Below, piece by piece: positions 40,860 through 50,675 of a DNA stretch of 64,000 bases (positions are counted from its first letter, which is position 1; each line of letters opens with the position of its first letter). The stretch lies in NCBI GenBank assembly GCA_963715985.1, contig CAVQSP010000008.1, forward strand, positions 96,001 through 160,000. The letters run 5' to 3'. A program made the position numbers and the translations under genes. The notes beneath the pieces are model-generated. The model searched no databases, was not told where the DNA came from, and saw nothing but the letters and a program-made list of their open reading frames with translations. This DNA comes from an uncultured Thermoleophilia bacterium (GTDB lineage: Bacteria; Actinomycetota; Thermoleophilia; UBA2241).

Positions 40860-41603
40860 CTAGCGCGCCGGGCGCCCCACTGTGGTCATGTAGACGACGG
40901 GTTCCTCGTCGGGATCGACGCCGAGCAGCGCTGCCGCCTCGTCGTCGAAGAAGGCGGCGATCTGGCAGCTGCCCAGGCCGAGCGCCACCGCCGCGAGCGC
41001 GACGTTCTCGGCGATGTGCCCGGCGTCCAGGAAGATGTAGCGCACGAAACGCTGCCCGTACTTCCAGCGTGATCGTTGGAGCACGGCGGTCCACACGAAC
41101 ACGGCGTCCGCGAAGGCGGCGATGGGCTGGTCCAGCGCGGCGTGTGCCAGTGGCCGCCGCACGTCGCCCGCGCGGATCAGTTCCAGCGCCCTCTCCAGCA
41201 CCGCGTAGTGATACACGCCGGGATCGACCCCGGTCACGTCGTGCACGGCCACGTAGTGCTCGATGGGGTACAGCGCGCCGGCAGAGGGCGCGGTGCGAAG
41301 AGCGAAGCCCTGCTCCGGCGCCGTGACGCCGGCGGCGGACCAGAGCAGCGCCCCCAGCTCCGCCAGGTCGAGCGGCGGCGGGGTGTACGCGCGCACGCTG
41401 CGCCGCCGCCGGAGCACCTCGAACACGTCCCGGGTCGCGCCGTCGTCCTCGCTGCCCGGCAGGCTGGGCAGCGCTATCCGCGGCGCCTCCGGGTACGTCT
41501 TGAACCAGGCCGGCTGGCGGTCCCAGTCCATGCGCCCGCCCACCAGATGCGTCCGGCTGTGCCGGGTCTCCCGCAGGTAGCGTTCCCCGATGCCGTCGTC
41601 CAC
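40860..41603 (-). CDS. SagB/ThcOx-family FMN dehydrogenase (nitroreductase fold)
   Basis: RRRSVRAY, RTAPSAGALYPIE, KYGQR, DAGHIAEN. Confidence 0.9.
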   Translation of the reverse strand: MDDGIGERYLRETRHSRTHLVGGRMDWDRQPAWFKTYPEAPRIALPSLPGSEDDGATRDVFEVLRRRRSVRAYTPPPLDLAELGALLWSAAGVTAPEQGFALRTAPSAGALYPIEHYVAVHDVTGVDPGVYHYAVLERALELIRAGDVRRPLAHAALDQPIAAFADAVFVWTAVLQRSRWKYGQRFVRYIFLDAGHIAENVALAAVALGLGSCQIAAFFDDEAAALLGVDPDEEPVVYMTTVGRPAR

Positions 41604-41610
41604 GTGTGCC

Positions 41611-42453
41611 TCAGCCCTTGCCTGCGGGCTCTCGGTACGGCACCGGGATGAACTCCACCGACGGCCGCCGCTGTGAGCGCCGCGGGTAGAGGTCCATCAG
41701 GGCGTAGACCTCCTCGGGGAGACCCTCCTCCACCGGCAGTCCAAGCTCCCGCGCCTCGTCGATCCGAATCGGGTAGTCGTGCGTCCAGCGGCCTTGGCTC
41801 AGCGTCTCGGCCAGGGCCGCGGCCTGCTCCGGCACACGGTCGCGCACGAGCTCCTCGACCGTGTCCCGCACCTGCACGATCGCCTTGCGTGCCACGTCGC
41901 CGAGGATGAGCGTCTCGTCGTCGCGATTGGGGTTGGGCTGCTCGAGCGCCGTCAGGATGGAGGCGGCGGGCCACATGCCGCGCAGCGGGTTGCCCAGCTG
42001 CGGGTCCACCGGGCCCAGCACGGCGTCGGCGTCCATCAGGATGCTGTCGGCGGCCAGGGCGACGAGGGTGCCGCCCGACATGGCGTAGTGCGGCACCAGC
42101 ACGGTCACCGTTCCCGGGTGCCGCTTGAGCGCGTGGGCGATCTGGTCCGACGCCAGCACGAGACCACCCGGCGTGTGCAGGACCAGGTCGATGGGCATGT
42201 CCGCCGGCGTCATGCGCACGGCGCGAAGGACCTGTTCGGAATCCTCCACGTCGATGTAGCGAGGGAAGGGGATGCCCAGCAGGGTCGCGGTCTCCTGGCG
42301 GTGGATCATCGTGATCACGCGCGTGCCGCGGCGCTGCTCGAGGGCGCGCATGAGGGCGCGCCGGCGCCGGTCCCGGCGGCGGCGCTGCCAGCGCGGCAGG
42401 AGCAGCGCCGCGGCCACGAGCGCCGCGATCACGATGAGCACGATCCAGGTCAT
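41611..42453 (-). CDS. SDH_sah-type ClpP-class serine peptidase with N-terminal TM
   Basis: LHTPGG, PHYAMSGGTL, LGPVDPQ, WTHDYPI. Confidence 0.88.
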   Translation of the reverse strand: MTWIVLIVIAALVAAALLLPRWQRRRRDRRRRALMRALEQRRGTRVITMIHRQETATLLGIPFPRYIDVEDSEQVLRAVRMTPADMPIDLVLHTPGGLVLASDQIAHALKRHPGTVTVLVPHYAMSGGTLVALAADSILMDADAVLGPVDPQLGNPLRGMWPAASILTALEQPNPNRDDETLILGDVARKAIVQVRDTVEELVRDRVPEQAAALAETLSQGRWTHDYPIRIDEARELGLPVEEGLPEEVYALMDLYPRRSQRRPSVEFIPVPYREPAGKG

Positions 42454-42558
42454 GGAGGGGTCGTGCCCGAAGCGGGCCGGGGCGACACATGAGCAGGAGA
42501 TCTCGCGCTCAGGTGTCGCCCCGGACGTCGCGGGACGGGCTGCCTCTCTGGCCCGGCC

Positions 42559-44120
42559 TTACTCGGCCGCCTCGTGCGACGCCCGCTCGGGGAACGGCCA
42601 CTCGCCGGCAACGTAGCTCACCGCCACCTGGTACAGGGCGAGGAGGATCAGCAGCACGATGATCCACGTCCAGGACGAGGCCGAGACGAGGAGCAGGATC
42701 AGCAGGGCGACGAGGCCGATGACGCGCAGCAGCGCCGTGTTGTGGCGCATCCAGCGGGTCGTTGGCGTGTCTGACTTGGCCATCTCGTCGGCCTTGCTGG
42801 CGGTCGCGTGCCCGGCGTAGGCCAGCGCGTGCCGCAGGTCGCGACGCCCGACGAACCAGGCGACGGCGGCGACCACGGCGGCGACCACGACGATCCAGAT
42901 GGTGAGCGTGCTCAGCGGTCCCAGCGATCTGTTGATGACGTCCCCCGCGAGGGTCCTGACGGTGCCGGCCTGCAGATTGTTGACGATGGCCTCCGTCGCC
43001 TTGTTGACGACCACGTGGGTGATGATGAGCGCCACGGCCACGCCGATGCCGAGCACGATGATGGTGGTGCGCCGCTTGTGGGACAGCCAGATCGTGAGCG
43101 CGACGAGGATCGCGACGATGAGCGGCAGGATCCACATGAGCTTGTCGAAGATGCTGATGGCGGTCTGCGCCGGCCCGAGCGAATCGCTCTTGAGCAGGGT
43201 GATCTGGCCGAAGTCCGCGGGCAGCGTCTTGCCCGACCAGTCCGACACCTGCTGGATGGCCTGCTCGGGCGGTGTGGTCGGGTCGATGACGGGCACGGAG
43301 ATGCGGCTGCTCAGCGCGCCGGGCAGCTTGCCCTCGAGCCACACCAGGGCCTCGCTGACGAGGGGCAGCACGTTGAGCTTGACGTCGCTGCCCTGGACGT
43401 ACGTCAGCGTGTTCTCGCCGCGCAGCAGCCCGACCACCTTCTCGTGCGCGACCTCGTTCACCTTCAGCCAGATCTCGTACGCCTTGTCGGTGCTGAGAAG
43501 CTTGTAGGTCTGCTCCTGGATGAAGGACTCGACCTGGGCCGTGATGGGCCCGGCGAGGAACTGCGCCTGCTCAGGCAACACCGCCTGCGCGCGCGCCTGC
43601 AGGTCGGTGGCCGTCACGACCTGCGTGGTGATGTACTCACTCAGGGACTTGATCGCCGCCGGATCCTTGCCGATGGGCCCGACGATCTTCATGTAGCCGT
43701 CCGTGTTGAGCGTGGTGTAGTGGGCCCACCAGGTGACGCCGGTGACGACCACGGCGAGGCAGGACAGCACGACGAGGATGGCGATGAGGACGGTGTGCAG
43801 ACGCCCGCCGCGGCGGCGCTTGGCTGGGGCGGCCACGGCGACGGGGGCAGCCGCCGTCTTCTCGGCCTCGCTCCCGGCGGCCTTGGTGACCGCCGTGGCG
43901 CCGGCCACCTCGGTGACCGCGGTCTGCTCGCCCGTCCCGGCGGCCTCGTCCGCGGCGGCCTCCGGCCGGCCTCTCCGGCCACCTCGCCCGCCTCTCCGGC
44001 CGCCGCGTCGGCCGCTTCGCCGCCGGCCTGCGTCACGGCAGTGGTCTCGTCGGCCGGGGTCTCGTCCGCGCCGGGCTTCGCCGGGGGATCGTCGCCCTTG
44101 CCCGCCTTCTTCTCAGTCAT
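42559..44120 (-). CDS. Actinobacterial integral membrane protein with acidic Ala-rich N-terminus (frameshift at about 43965)
   Basis: N-terminal TM, large extracytoplasmic region, C-terminal TM cluster. SD GGAGGG before ATG 44120. Confidence 0.72.
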
Positions 44121-44211
44121 CGTCCCTCCTCGGAGACCCGCAGTGTGCTTCGCGGGTCGTGGCCTTCACATTCGTCGTGCACCCGCGTTCAACAGTCCGG
44201 TGCTATCCCCT

Positions 44212-44236
44212 GCCTCCGCCTCCGCCTCCGCCTCCG
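44212..44236. repeat. (GCCTCC)4 hexanucleotide tandem repeat
   Basis: gcctccgcctccgcctccgcctccg read directly. Confidence 0.8.
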
Positions 44237-44260
44237 CGTCTGCGTCGGCGGCGCGGCCGC

Positions 44261-44485
44261 TCAGCGCGGCGGGTCCGCACAGAACAGCGAGACCTGGCAG
44301 CGCAGCCCGTACTGCGCCTCGAGCTCGTGGGTCCGGCGCAGGCCCTCCAGTTCACGTTGCCGTCTCGCCGCGCGGGTCTCAGCCTCGGGCGGCGCCGTGA
44401 CGTGCACGCCCACCGGCCGTCCGCTGCGGTCGTACACCACAGGGCCCTCCGCGGCCAGCGTTTGTCTGCGACGACGGAATCGCAC
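44261..44485 (-). CDS. Small hypothetical protein
   Basis: GTG start after purine-rich AGGGAAGAGAG; 74 aa; fills the intergenic gap. Confidence 0.4.
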   Translation of the reverse strand: MRFRRRRQTLAAEGPVVYDRSGRPVGVHVTAPPEAETRAARRQRELEGLRRTHELEAQYGLRCQVSLFCADPPR

Positions 44486-44565
44486 GGCGCTCTCTTCCCT
44501 CGGCCCTGCCATCACTTGGTACGTTGTACCCGCGGCTGCGCCCGCGGACGCGTCGGCGGGCGGAC

Positions 44566-45993
44566 TCAGCGCTCGCCGGCGAGCGCGGCGTCGCACAGCT
44601 CGCTCCAGACGAGCTCCACGTGGCGGCGTTCGGTGCTCTGGGTCCCCACGGAGACGCGGATCATCTGGCGGCCCTTGAGCAGGGACGGCGTCACGTAGCA
44701 GCGCCCCGCCAGATTGACGCGGTCGGCCACGGCCAGGTTGTGCGCCGTGAGGGCGTCTTCGTCGGCGGCGAGGGAGGGCGGGACGTGGCGCACGCAGACG
44801 GTCTGCAATGGGGCGGGCGCCACGCGTTCCCATTCGGGCGTGGCGTCCACCTGTGCGGCCAGCCACGCCGCGTTGTCCACGTCGCGGCGGATGCGGTCGC
44901 GCAGCGCCTCCACGCCGTACTCGCGGATGAGGAACCACAGCTTGAGGGAGCGGAAGCGACGGCCCAGCGGGATCCCCCAGTCGCGCAGGTTGCGCACCAC
45001 GCCGTCGTGGGCCGTGCGCAGGTAGCTGGGGTCGGTGCTCATGACGCGGACGAGGTGCTGGGGATCACGGACGAAGTAGGCGGAGAGGTCGAAGCCGGTG
45101 CCCATCCACTTGTGCGGGTTGAGCACGATGGAGTCGGCGGCCTCCACGCCGCGCCACATCCAGCGGTACTCGGGGCAGATCATCGCCGTGCCGGCGAGCG
45201 CCGCATCGACGTGCAGCCACATGTCGTGACGGGCGGCCAGCGCGGCGATGCCGGCGACGGGGTCGAGCGCCGTGGTGGCCGTGGTGCCGACGGCGGCGAC
45301 GACCGCGCAGGGGCGCCGTCCGGCGGCGACATCCTCTGCGATGGCCGCCTCGAGCAGGTCGAGGCGCAGGGCGTGGTCGTCGTCGGTCCCCAGGAGTCTG
45401 AGGTGCTCGGCGCCGAAGCCCGCCAGCAGCGCGCCCTTCGGGATCGAGCTGTGCGCCTGGTCGGAGGCGTACACCACGAGCGGCGCCTCCTCGGCCTGCA
45501 GGCCGCCGCGGTTCTGCGAGAAGGAGCTCGAGCGCTCGCGGGCGCACAGCAGGGCGCAGAACGTGGCGGTGCTGGCCGTGTCCTGGATGACGCCGGTGAA
45601 CGTGTCGGGCAGGCCCAGCATCTGGCGCAGCCAGTCCATCACCACCTCTTCGACCTCGGTGGCGGCGGGGCTGGTCTGCCAGCTCATGCCCTGCACCCCG
45701 AGGCCGGCGGTCACGAGGTCGGCGAGCACCGACGAGAGGTCGCTGTTGGAGGGGAAGTAGGCGAAGAAGCCCGGGTGGTTCCAGTGGGTGATGCCGGGCA
45801 TGACGATCTCGTCGAGGTCGGCGACGACGCCGTCCAGGCCCTCGGGCAGGGCCGGCGGCTCGGTGGGCAGCTTGCCGGCAACGTCGCCGGGCTGCGCCCG
45901 GCTCATGACCGGGAACTGCTCGATGTGCTCGCGGTATTCGGCGATCCAGTCGACGAGCTCGTGGCCGAGGCGGCGGAACTCGGAGGGGTCCAT
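44566..45993 (-). CDS. Aromatic-L-amino-acid (DOPA-type) decarboxylase
   Basis: MPGITHWNHPGFFAYFP, TSPAATEVE, HVDAALAG, NPHKW, PLGRRFRSLKLW. Confidence 0.93.
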   Translation of the reverse strand: MDPSEFRRLGHELVDWIAEYREHIEQFPVMSRAQPGDVAGKLPTEPPALPEGLDGVVADLDEIVMPGITHWNHPGFFAYFPSNSDLSSVLADLVTAGLGVQGMSWQTSPAATEVEEVVMDWLRQMLGLPDTFTGVIQDTASTATFCALLCARERSSSFSQNRGGLQAEEAPLVVYASDQAHSSIPKGALLAGFGAEHLRLLGTDDDHALRLDLLEAAIAEDVAAGRRPCAVVAAVGTTATTALDPVAGIAALAARHDMWLHVDAALAGTAMICPEYRWMWRGVEAADSIVLNPHKWMGTGFDLSAYFVRDPQHLVRVMSTDPSYLRTAHDGVVRNLRDWGIPLGRRFRSLKLWFLIREYGVEALRDRIRRDVDNAAWLAAQVDATPEWERVAPAPLQTVCVRHVPPSLAADEDALTAHNLAVADRVNLAGRCYVTPSLLKGRQMIRVSVGTQSTERRHVELVWSELCDAALAGER

Positions 45994-46257
45994 GGGCTCT
46001 CCCCGGAGGTAGGACGGCAGGACGGTCGGCGGGGCTGCGCCGGCCGCCCCGATTCTATCGCGCCGCCCGGCCGTGCGGCCCGGCAGCCCGCCGCAGCCTG
46101 ACCGGGCCGCTCGTGGCGCGCAGCGGGCGCTATGGAGCCGCTGTTCCGGATCGCGGATTCAAGCAAGGAGGCAAGCAAGCGTACGTTCAGTTGAAATCGC
46201 CGCGCGGACCATGCCGGGGGCACGGGGTCGTGCGTCCGTTGTCCGGAGCCGCTCCGG

Positions 46258-46921
46258 TCACAGCCGGGCTGCGACCACGACCTCAGAGGCCAGGACCACG
46301 TCGGTGACGGTGAGGCGCGTGCGCAGCGCCCAGCGTCCGCGGTCCAGCAGAGCGGCGAGCTCCACCGGGCGGCAGCCGCCCATCAGCGCGGGGTCGAGGC
46401 GCCACACGCCGCGCCACGCCGCAGTGAGGGCGCGCGCCGCGGGCGCGCGCCCCGGGGTGAGGCTCGCCAGGGCGAGCAGGCCCCCGGGCCTCAGCACCCG
46501 GTGCGCCTCGTCGAGGAACCGCTGCGTGTCGTCGGGGCTGAGCAGGTCGAGGACGTAGGTGCTCACCAGCCGGTCTGGCGGAGGCGTCGGCGGCCGGCAG
46601 GTCCACAGGGCCGCCGACCTGGTCCACGCGCGCCCGGTCGCCCCACGGGGCGACGGCGGCGCGCGCCAGCTGCACCATGCGCGGGCTCACGTCCAGGCCG
46701 TGGTAGCGCGCCCCGGCCGGGAGCCGCTCGGCGAGCAGGCGGGCCGCCAGCCGGCCCGTGCCGCAGCCGAACTCCAGCACGGCCCCGGCACGCTCGAACG
46801 CCGCGTACTCCACCAGCGCATCCATCGCGCGGCGCTCGCTGAGCGGCCGCGTGTCCTGCCAGCGGCCGATGTGATCGTAGATCCACCGCGCCTGCTGGTG
46901 GGTGACATAACGTTCCGGCAT
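46258..46921 (-). CDS. Class I SAM-dependent methyltransferase (frameshift at about 46575)
   Basis: VLEFGCGTG, LDVSPRM; VSTYVLDLL and RVLRPGG in the next frame. Confidence 0.85.
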
Positions 46922-47031
46922 GGGCTCCACCGCCTCCGCTCGTGCGCGCGTGCCTGCGGGCGCGCCCGGCGTCAATACTACCGTCACCGGAGCCTTCTCT
47001 CAGGGCTTCCACCCACCTCAACGGCCGCGTA

Positions 47032-47059
47032 TTGACACCTGCCCGGCGTGCGGAAGAAT
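47032..47059 (+). promoter_or_regulatory. Sigma70-like promoter of the phosphodiesterase gene
   Basis: TTGACA-16 nt-AAGAAT. Confidence 0.5.
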
Positions 47060-47134
47060 GCAGTCAGTCTGCGATTCCCATCGCAGGTAGGGGGGCCCTC
47101 GCCCTGGGGGCCGACGCGAGACTGGAGGGAGCTC

Positions 47135-48806
47135 ATGGTGAAACGACTCCGCGTGCTGTTCATGGTCGTGATGTGCCTTGGGGCGCTGCTGGCCCTGGCG
47201 GTGCCGGCGCTGGCGGTCCACCGTCCGACGCACGTGATGATCGTGGTCATGGACCAGATGCAGCCCGGCTACGCCAAGCAGTTCGCCATGACGAACGTGC
47301 TGAGCCTGCAGCAGCACGGCGTCACGTTCCCCAACGCCTACGTGGGCGACATGGCGTCGGAGACCGTGGTGAGCCACAACGTCATGGTCAGTGGCCAGTT
47401 CCCCAAGCACATGGGCTGGTCCGACGAGGCCTTCCGTGACGTGGACAACGTCCTCGGCTTCGGGGCCAACGCCATCGTCACGAGCGGCGACCTCGGCTAC
47501 GACCAGTACGTCAAGCTCATCGACGCGTGGGACTACAAGAAGCTCGGCGACTACCTGCACGAGAAGTTCCCCGGCACCGTGGTCGCCAACGTCGGCGAGA
47601 AGGGCTACCAGGTCGAGTCCATGGCCGCCTCCAGCTCCGACTGGTACGTGCGCATGGGCAGCAAGAAGAAGGTCGCCGACCTGGCCGACCCGAGCGTGGT
47701 GCCGTGGACCGGCACGTACCGCGGGCCGTCCGGCAAGGTCCCCGACTACATCAAGAACGACAATCGCTACCTGGTCAGCGTCGGCAACGCCACCGACACC
47801 TACGGCACCGAGAAGGCCTTCCCGTCGTGGCTGTACCCGGAGGACGGGCGCTACGTGGGCGGCCCGTACGACGACCACCAGAGCGGTGACCGTTGGGTGG
47901 CCGACGCCACCCTCGCGATCATGGACAAGGAGAACTGGTCCGGTCTGTGGGTCACCTTCAGTGCCATGGACAAGATCGGCCACATGTGGGGCGGCGGCGC
48001 GGTGGACACGCTGGCCAACTACCAGTGGGATCCCAGCACCATCGTCAACCAAGTCCACATGCAGTGGATCGCCACCAACGCCGACGCCATGCTGGGCGCG
48101 CTCATCGCCGAGCTCAAGACCAAGGGCATCTACGACGACACGCTCATCATCCTGACCGCCGACCACGGCTCCACCTACGGCAAGGGTGAGGGGTTCAAGG
48201 GTGACGACGCCTACGACGCCGGCAACCTCAAGAACTGGTACGCGGGTGCCTGGCACGCCGGCGTGAGCACGGAGAGCACGAGCACCGGCTCCGTCGAACC
48301 TCAAGCCGCTCATGGACACCGGCAACGTCGAGTTCAGCTACCAGTCCACCGCCATCGAGACCTGGCTCAAGGACTGGAGCATGGCGAAGAAGAAGGAAGC
48401 TGCGGCAGTGATGGAGACCCTGCCCAGCGTGATCGCGACCTACGTGAAGACCGGCGATCGCTACAAGCTGTACTCGCACATGACCGGCATGACCGGGACG
48501 CAGTCCTCCTGGTGGGCGGCGCACGGCCAGGAGCTCGTCGACACGATGTGCTGGGCCGGCTCGGCGGACGTGGTCGGCCTGCTCGCCGACTACACGACCT
48601 ACGGTGTCTTCGGCGACCACGGCGGGGCGCAGATGGACGTGCAGAAGATCCCGATGGCGTTCTTCATGCCGGGGATCAAGCGCGCCGTCGACAGCAAGAC
48701 CGCCTTCCGTCTGGTCGACATCATGCCGACCACCCTCAAGGCCATGGGCATCGCGCCGACCGAGCAGATGGACGGCTCGGCGTACAAGCTCAAGCTCCCC
48801 AAGTGA
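47135..48806 (+). CDS. Secreted alkaline-phosphatase/nucleotide-pyrophosphatase superfamily protein (frameshift at about 48300)
   Basis: Signal peptide, IVVMDQM, ETVVSH, DKIGH, TADHG, GDHGG, VDIMPT. Confidence 0.88.
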
Positions 48807-48831
48807 CGCACGGCGTCTGAGGGACGCGGAC

Positions 48832-48872
48832 CGCGGCGGGCGCGCCTCCGGCACGGAGGCGCGCCCGCCGCG
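48832..48872 (+). terminator. GC-rich hairpin (19-bp stem) after the phosphodiesterase gene
   Basis: CGCGGCGGGCGCGCCTCCG-GCA-CGGAGGCGCGCCCGCCGCG with a weak T tail. Confidence 0.7.
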
Positions 48873-49030
48873 TCGTTGCGGGGTGGGCCCGCGGCCGCCC
48901 CGGCCGGCGCCGCGGGTGGTCGTGACCCGCGCCGCGGGTCCCCAGCGGTTGCGGCCTGCGCTCCGGGAGGACAGGATTGGGCCGCCCGGCCGCCGGCCGC
49001 CGGGGCCAGCCAGCACACACGGAGGCCGCC

Positions 49031-50158
49031 GTGCGCATCGAACCCTTCTTCGTCGAGCAGTGGATGAACGCCCACGAGACGACGGCCACCTGGAACATCG
49101 CCGAGACCTGCGTGGACTCGCTGACCCTCGACGAGCTGCTCGCGTTGAGCGGCGACGCCGACGGCGTGCTGCGTCGCCTCCGCGACACCCGGCTCGGCTA
49201 CGGCGACATCACCGGCTCGCCGCAGCTGCGCGCCGCCATCGCGGCGCTGTACGGCGAGCGCATCGGCCCCCAGAACGTGCTCACGGCCAACGGCGCCATC
49301 GGCGCGAACTTCCTCGCTCTCTACGCGCTGGTGGAGCCGGGCACCAGCGTCGTGTGCGTCGTGCCCACGTACCAGCAGCTCTACTCGGTGCCGGCGTCGC
49401 TGGGCGCCGAGGTGAGGTGCCTGCGCCTGCGCGAGGAGGACGGCTACCTGCCGGACGTCGAGGAGCTCCGCCGCTTCGCGGACGAGAGCACCCGGCTCAT
49501 CGTCCTCAACAACCCCAACAACCCCACCGGCGCCCTCATCGACGAGCCGCTGCTGCGCGAGATCGTGGAGGTCGCGCGCGAGCGCGACGCCTGGCTGTTC
49601 TGCGACGAGGTCTACCGCCGCCTCGAGCATGCGCCCGGGAGCACCACCCCGTCGGTGGCCGACCTCTACGACAAAGGTGTCTCGAGCGGCAGCATGAGCA
49701 AGAGCTACTCGCTGGCCGGGCTGCGCACGGGCTGGGTCGCCGGCCCTGAGGAGATCGTCGAGCGCTGCCTCGACGTGCGCGACTACACCACGATCAGCGC
49801 CGGCGTCCTCGACGACGCGCTTGCGGCGGTGGCCCTGGAGCACCTCGACGCCGTGCTGGCGCGCAGCCTCGAGATCGTGCGCGGTAACCTTGCGCTTGTC
49901 GACGAGTGGATCGCGCGCGAGCCGCGGCTTCACTACCTGCGGCCGCGCGCCGGCACCACGGCCCTCATACGCTACGAGTACGAGCTGCCCTCCGTCGACT
50001 TCTGCCAAGGCATGTTCGACCTCAACGGAGCGTTCGTCATGCCCGGCATCGCCTTTGGCGAGGAGCGCTCCTTCCGCCTCGGCTACGCGTGCGCCCGCGA
50101 CGTGCTCGCCGGCGGGCTGGCGGCGATCTCCGCGTATCTTCGCACGCTGGCGAGGTGA
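49031..50158 (+). CDS. Class I/II PLP aminotransferase
   Basis: FFVEQWMN, NPNNPTG, DEVYR, SMSKSYSLAGLRTGW, FRLGY. Confidence 0.92.
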   Translation: MRIEPFFVEQWMNAHETTATWNIAETCVDSLTLDELLALSGDADGVLRRLRDTRLGYGDITGSPQLRAAIAALYGERIGPQNVLTANGAIGANFLALYALVEPGTSVVCVVPTYQQLYSVPASLGAEVRCLRLREEDGYLPDVEELRRFADESTRLIVLNNPNNPTGALIDEPLLREIVEVARERDAWLFCDEVYRRLEHAPGSTTPSVADLYDKGVSSGSMSKSYSLAGLRTGWVAGPEEIVERCLDVRDYTTISAGVLDDALAAVALEHLDAVLARSLEIVRGNLALVDEWIAREPRLHYLRPRAGTTALIRYEYELPSVDFCQGMFDLNGAFVMPGIAFGEERSFRLGYACARDVLAGGLAAISAYLRTLAR

Positions 50159-50294
50159 ACCTCCCGTTCGCGGCCGGGGCCGGCAGGCCTTTCGTCATCT
50201 CACGCGAATACTCCGCTGTCGGGCGCTCCCGCCGGGAGCCGACGTTCGAGGCGCGGCAGTTCTGCCGCCGTACCTCCGCCCGGGGACCCAGGCC

Positions 50295-50675
50295 ATGGTG
50301 ACGCCGATCATCCTCATAGCTGAAGACGACGCCGACGTGCAGAGCCTGCTGCGGCACGTGCTGGAGAGCGACGGGTACACGGTGCACGTCGCCGCCGACG
50401 GGAGCGAGGCGCTCCGTCTGTACGATGAGGTCTCGCCCGACCTGGTCATCCTGGACGTGATGATGCCGCGCATGAGCGGTTTCGAGGTGCTGCGTGAGCT
50501 CAGGGCAGACCCCGACCGCCGCCAGGACGTGCCCGTGCTGATGCTCACCGCCCGGACCGGCGAGGACGACGTGCTCGAGGGCTTCGAGCTGGGCGTGCGG
50601 GACTACTTGACGAAGCCGTTTGTGATCGGGGAGTTCCGCGCGCGCGTGCGCGCCTTGCTCTCGCGGCGCGGCTAG
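50295..50675 (+). CDS. Single-domain response regulator (receiver only)
   Basis: IAEDD, LDVMMP, LTA, KPF; ends right after the receiver domain. Confidence 0.9.
   Translation: MVTPIILIAEDDADVQSLLRHVLESDGYTVHVAADGSEALRLYDEVSPDLVILDVMMPRMSGFEVLRELRADPDRRQDVPVLMLTARTGEDDVLEGFELGVRDYLTKPFVIGEFRARVRALLSRRG

Noticed and set aside
40860-41603. RiPP (azole) cluster around the SagB-like gene
   Set aside because: No YcaO, E1-like protein or precursor peptide nearby, and stand-alone SagB-like genes are common in anaerobes.
46156-46198. CRISPR repeat (ends in GTTGAAAT)
   Set aside because: Single copy, no spacers and no cas genes.
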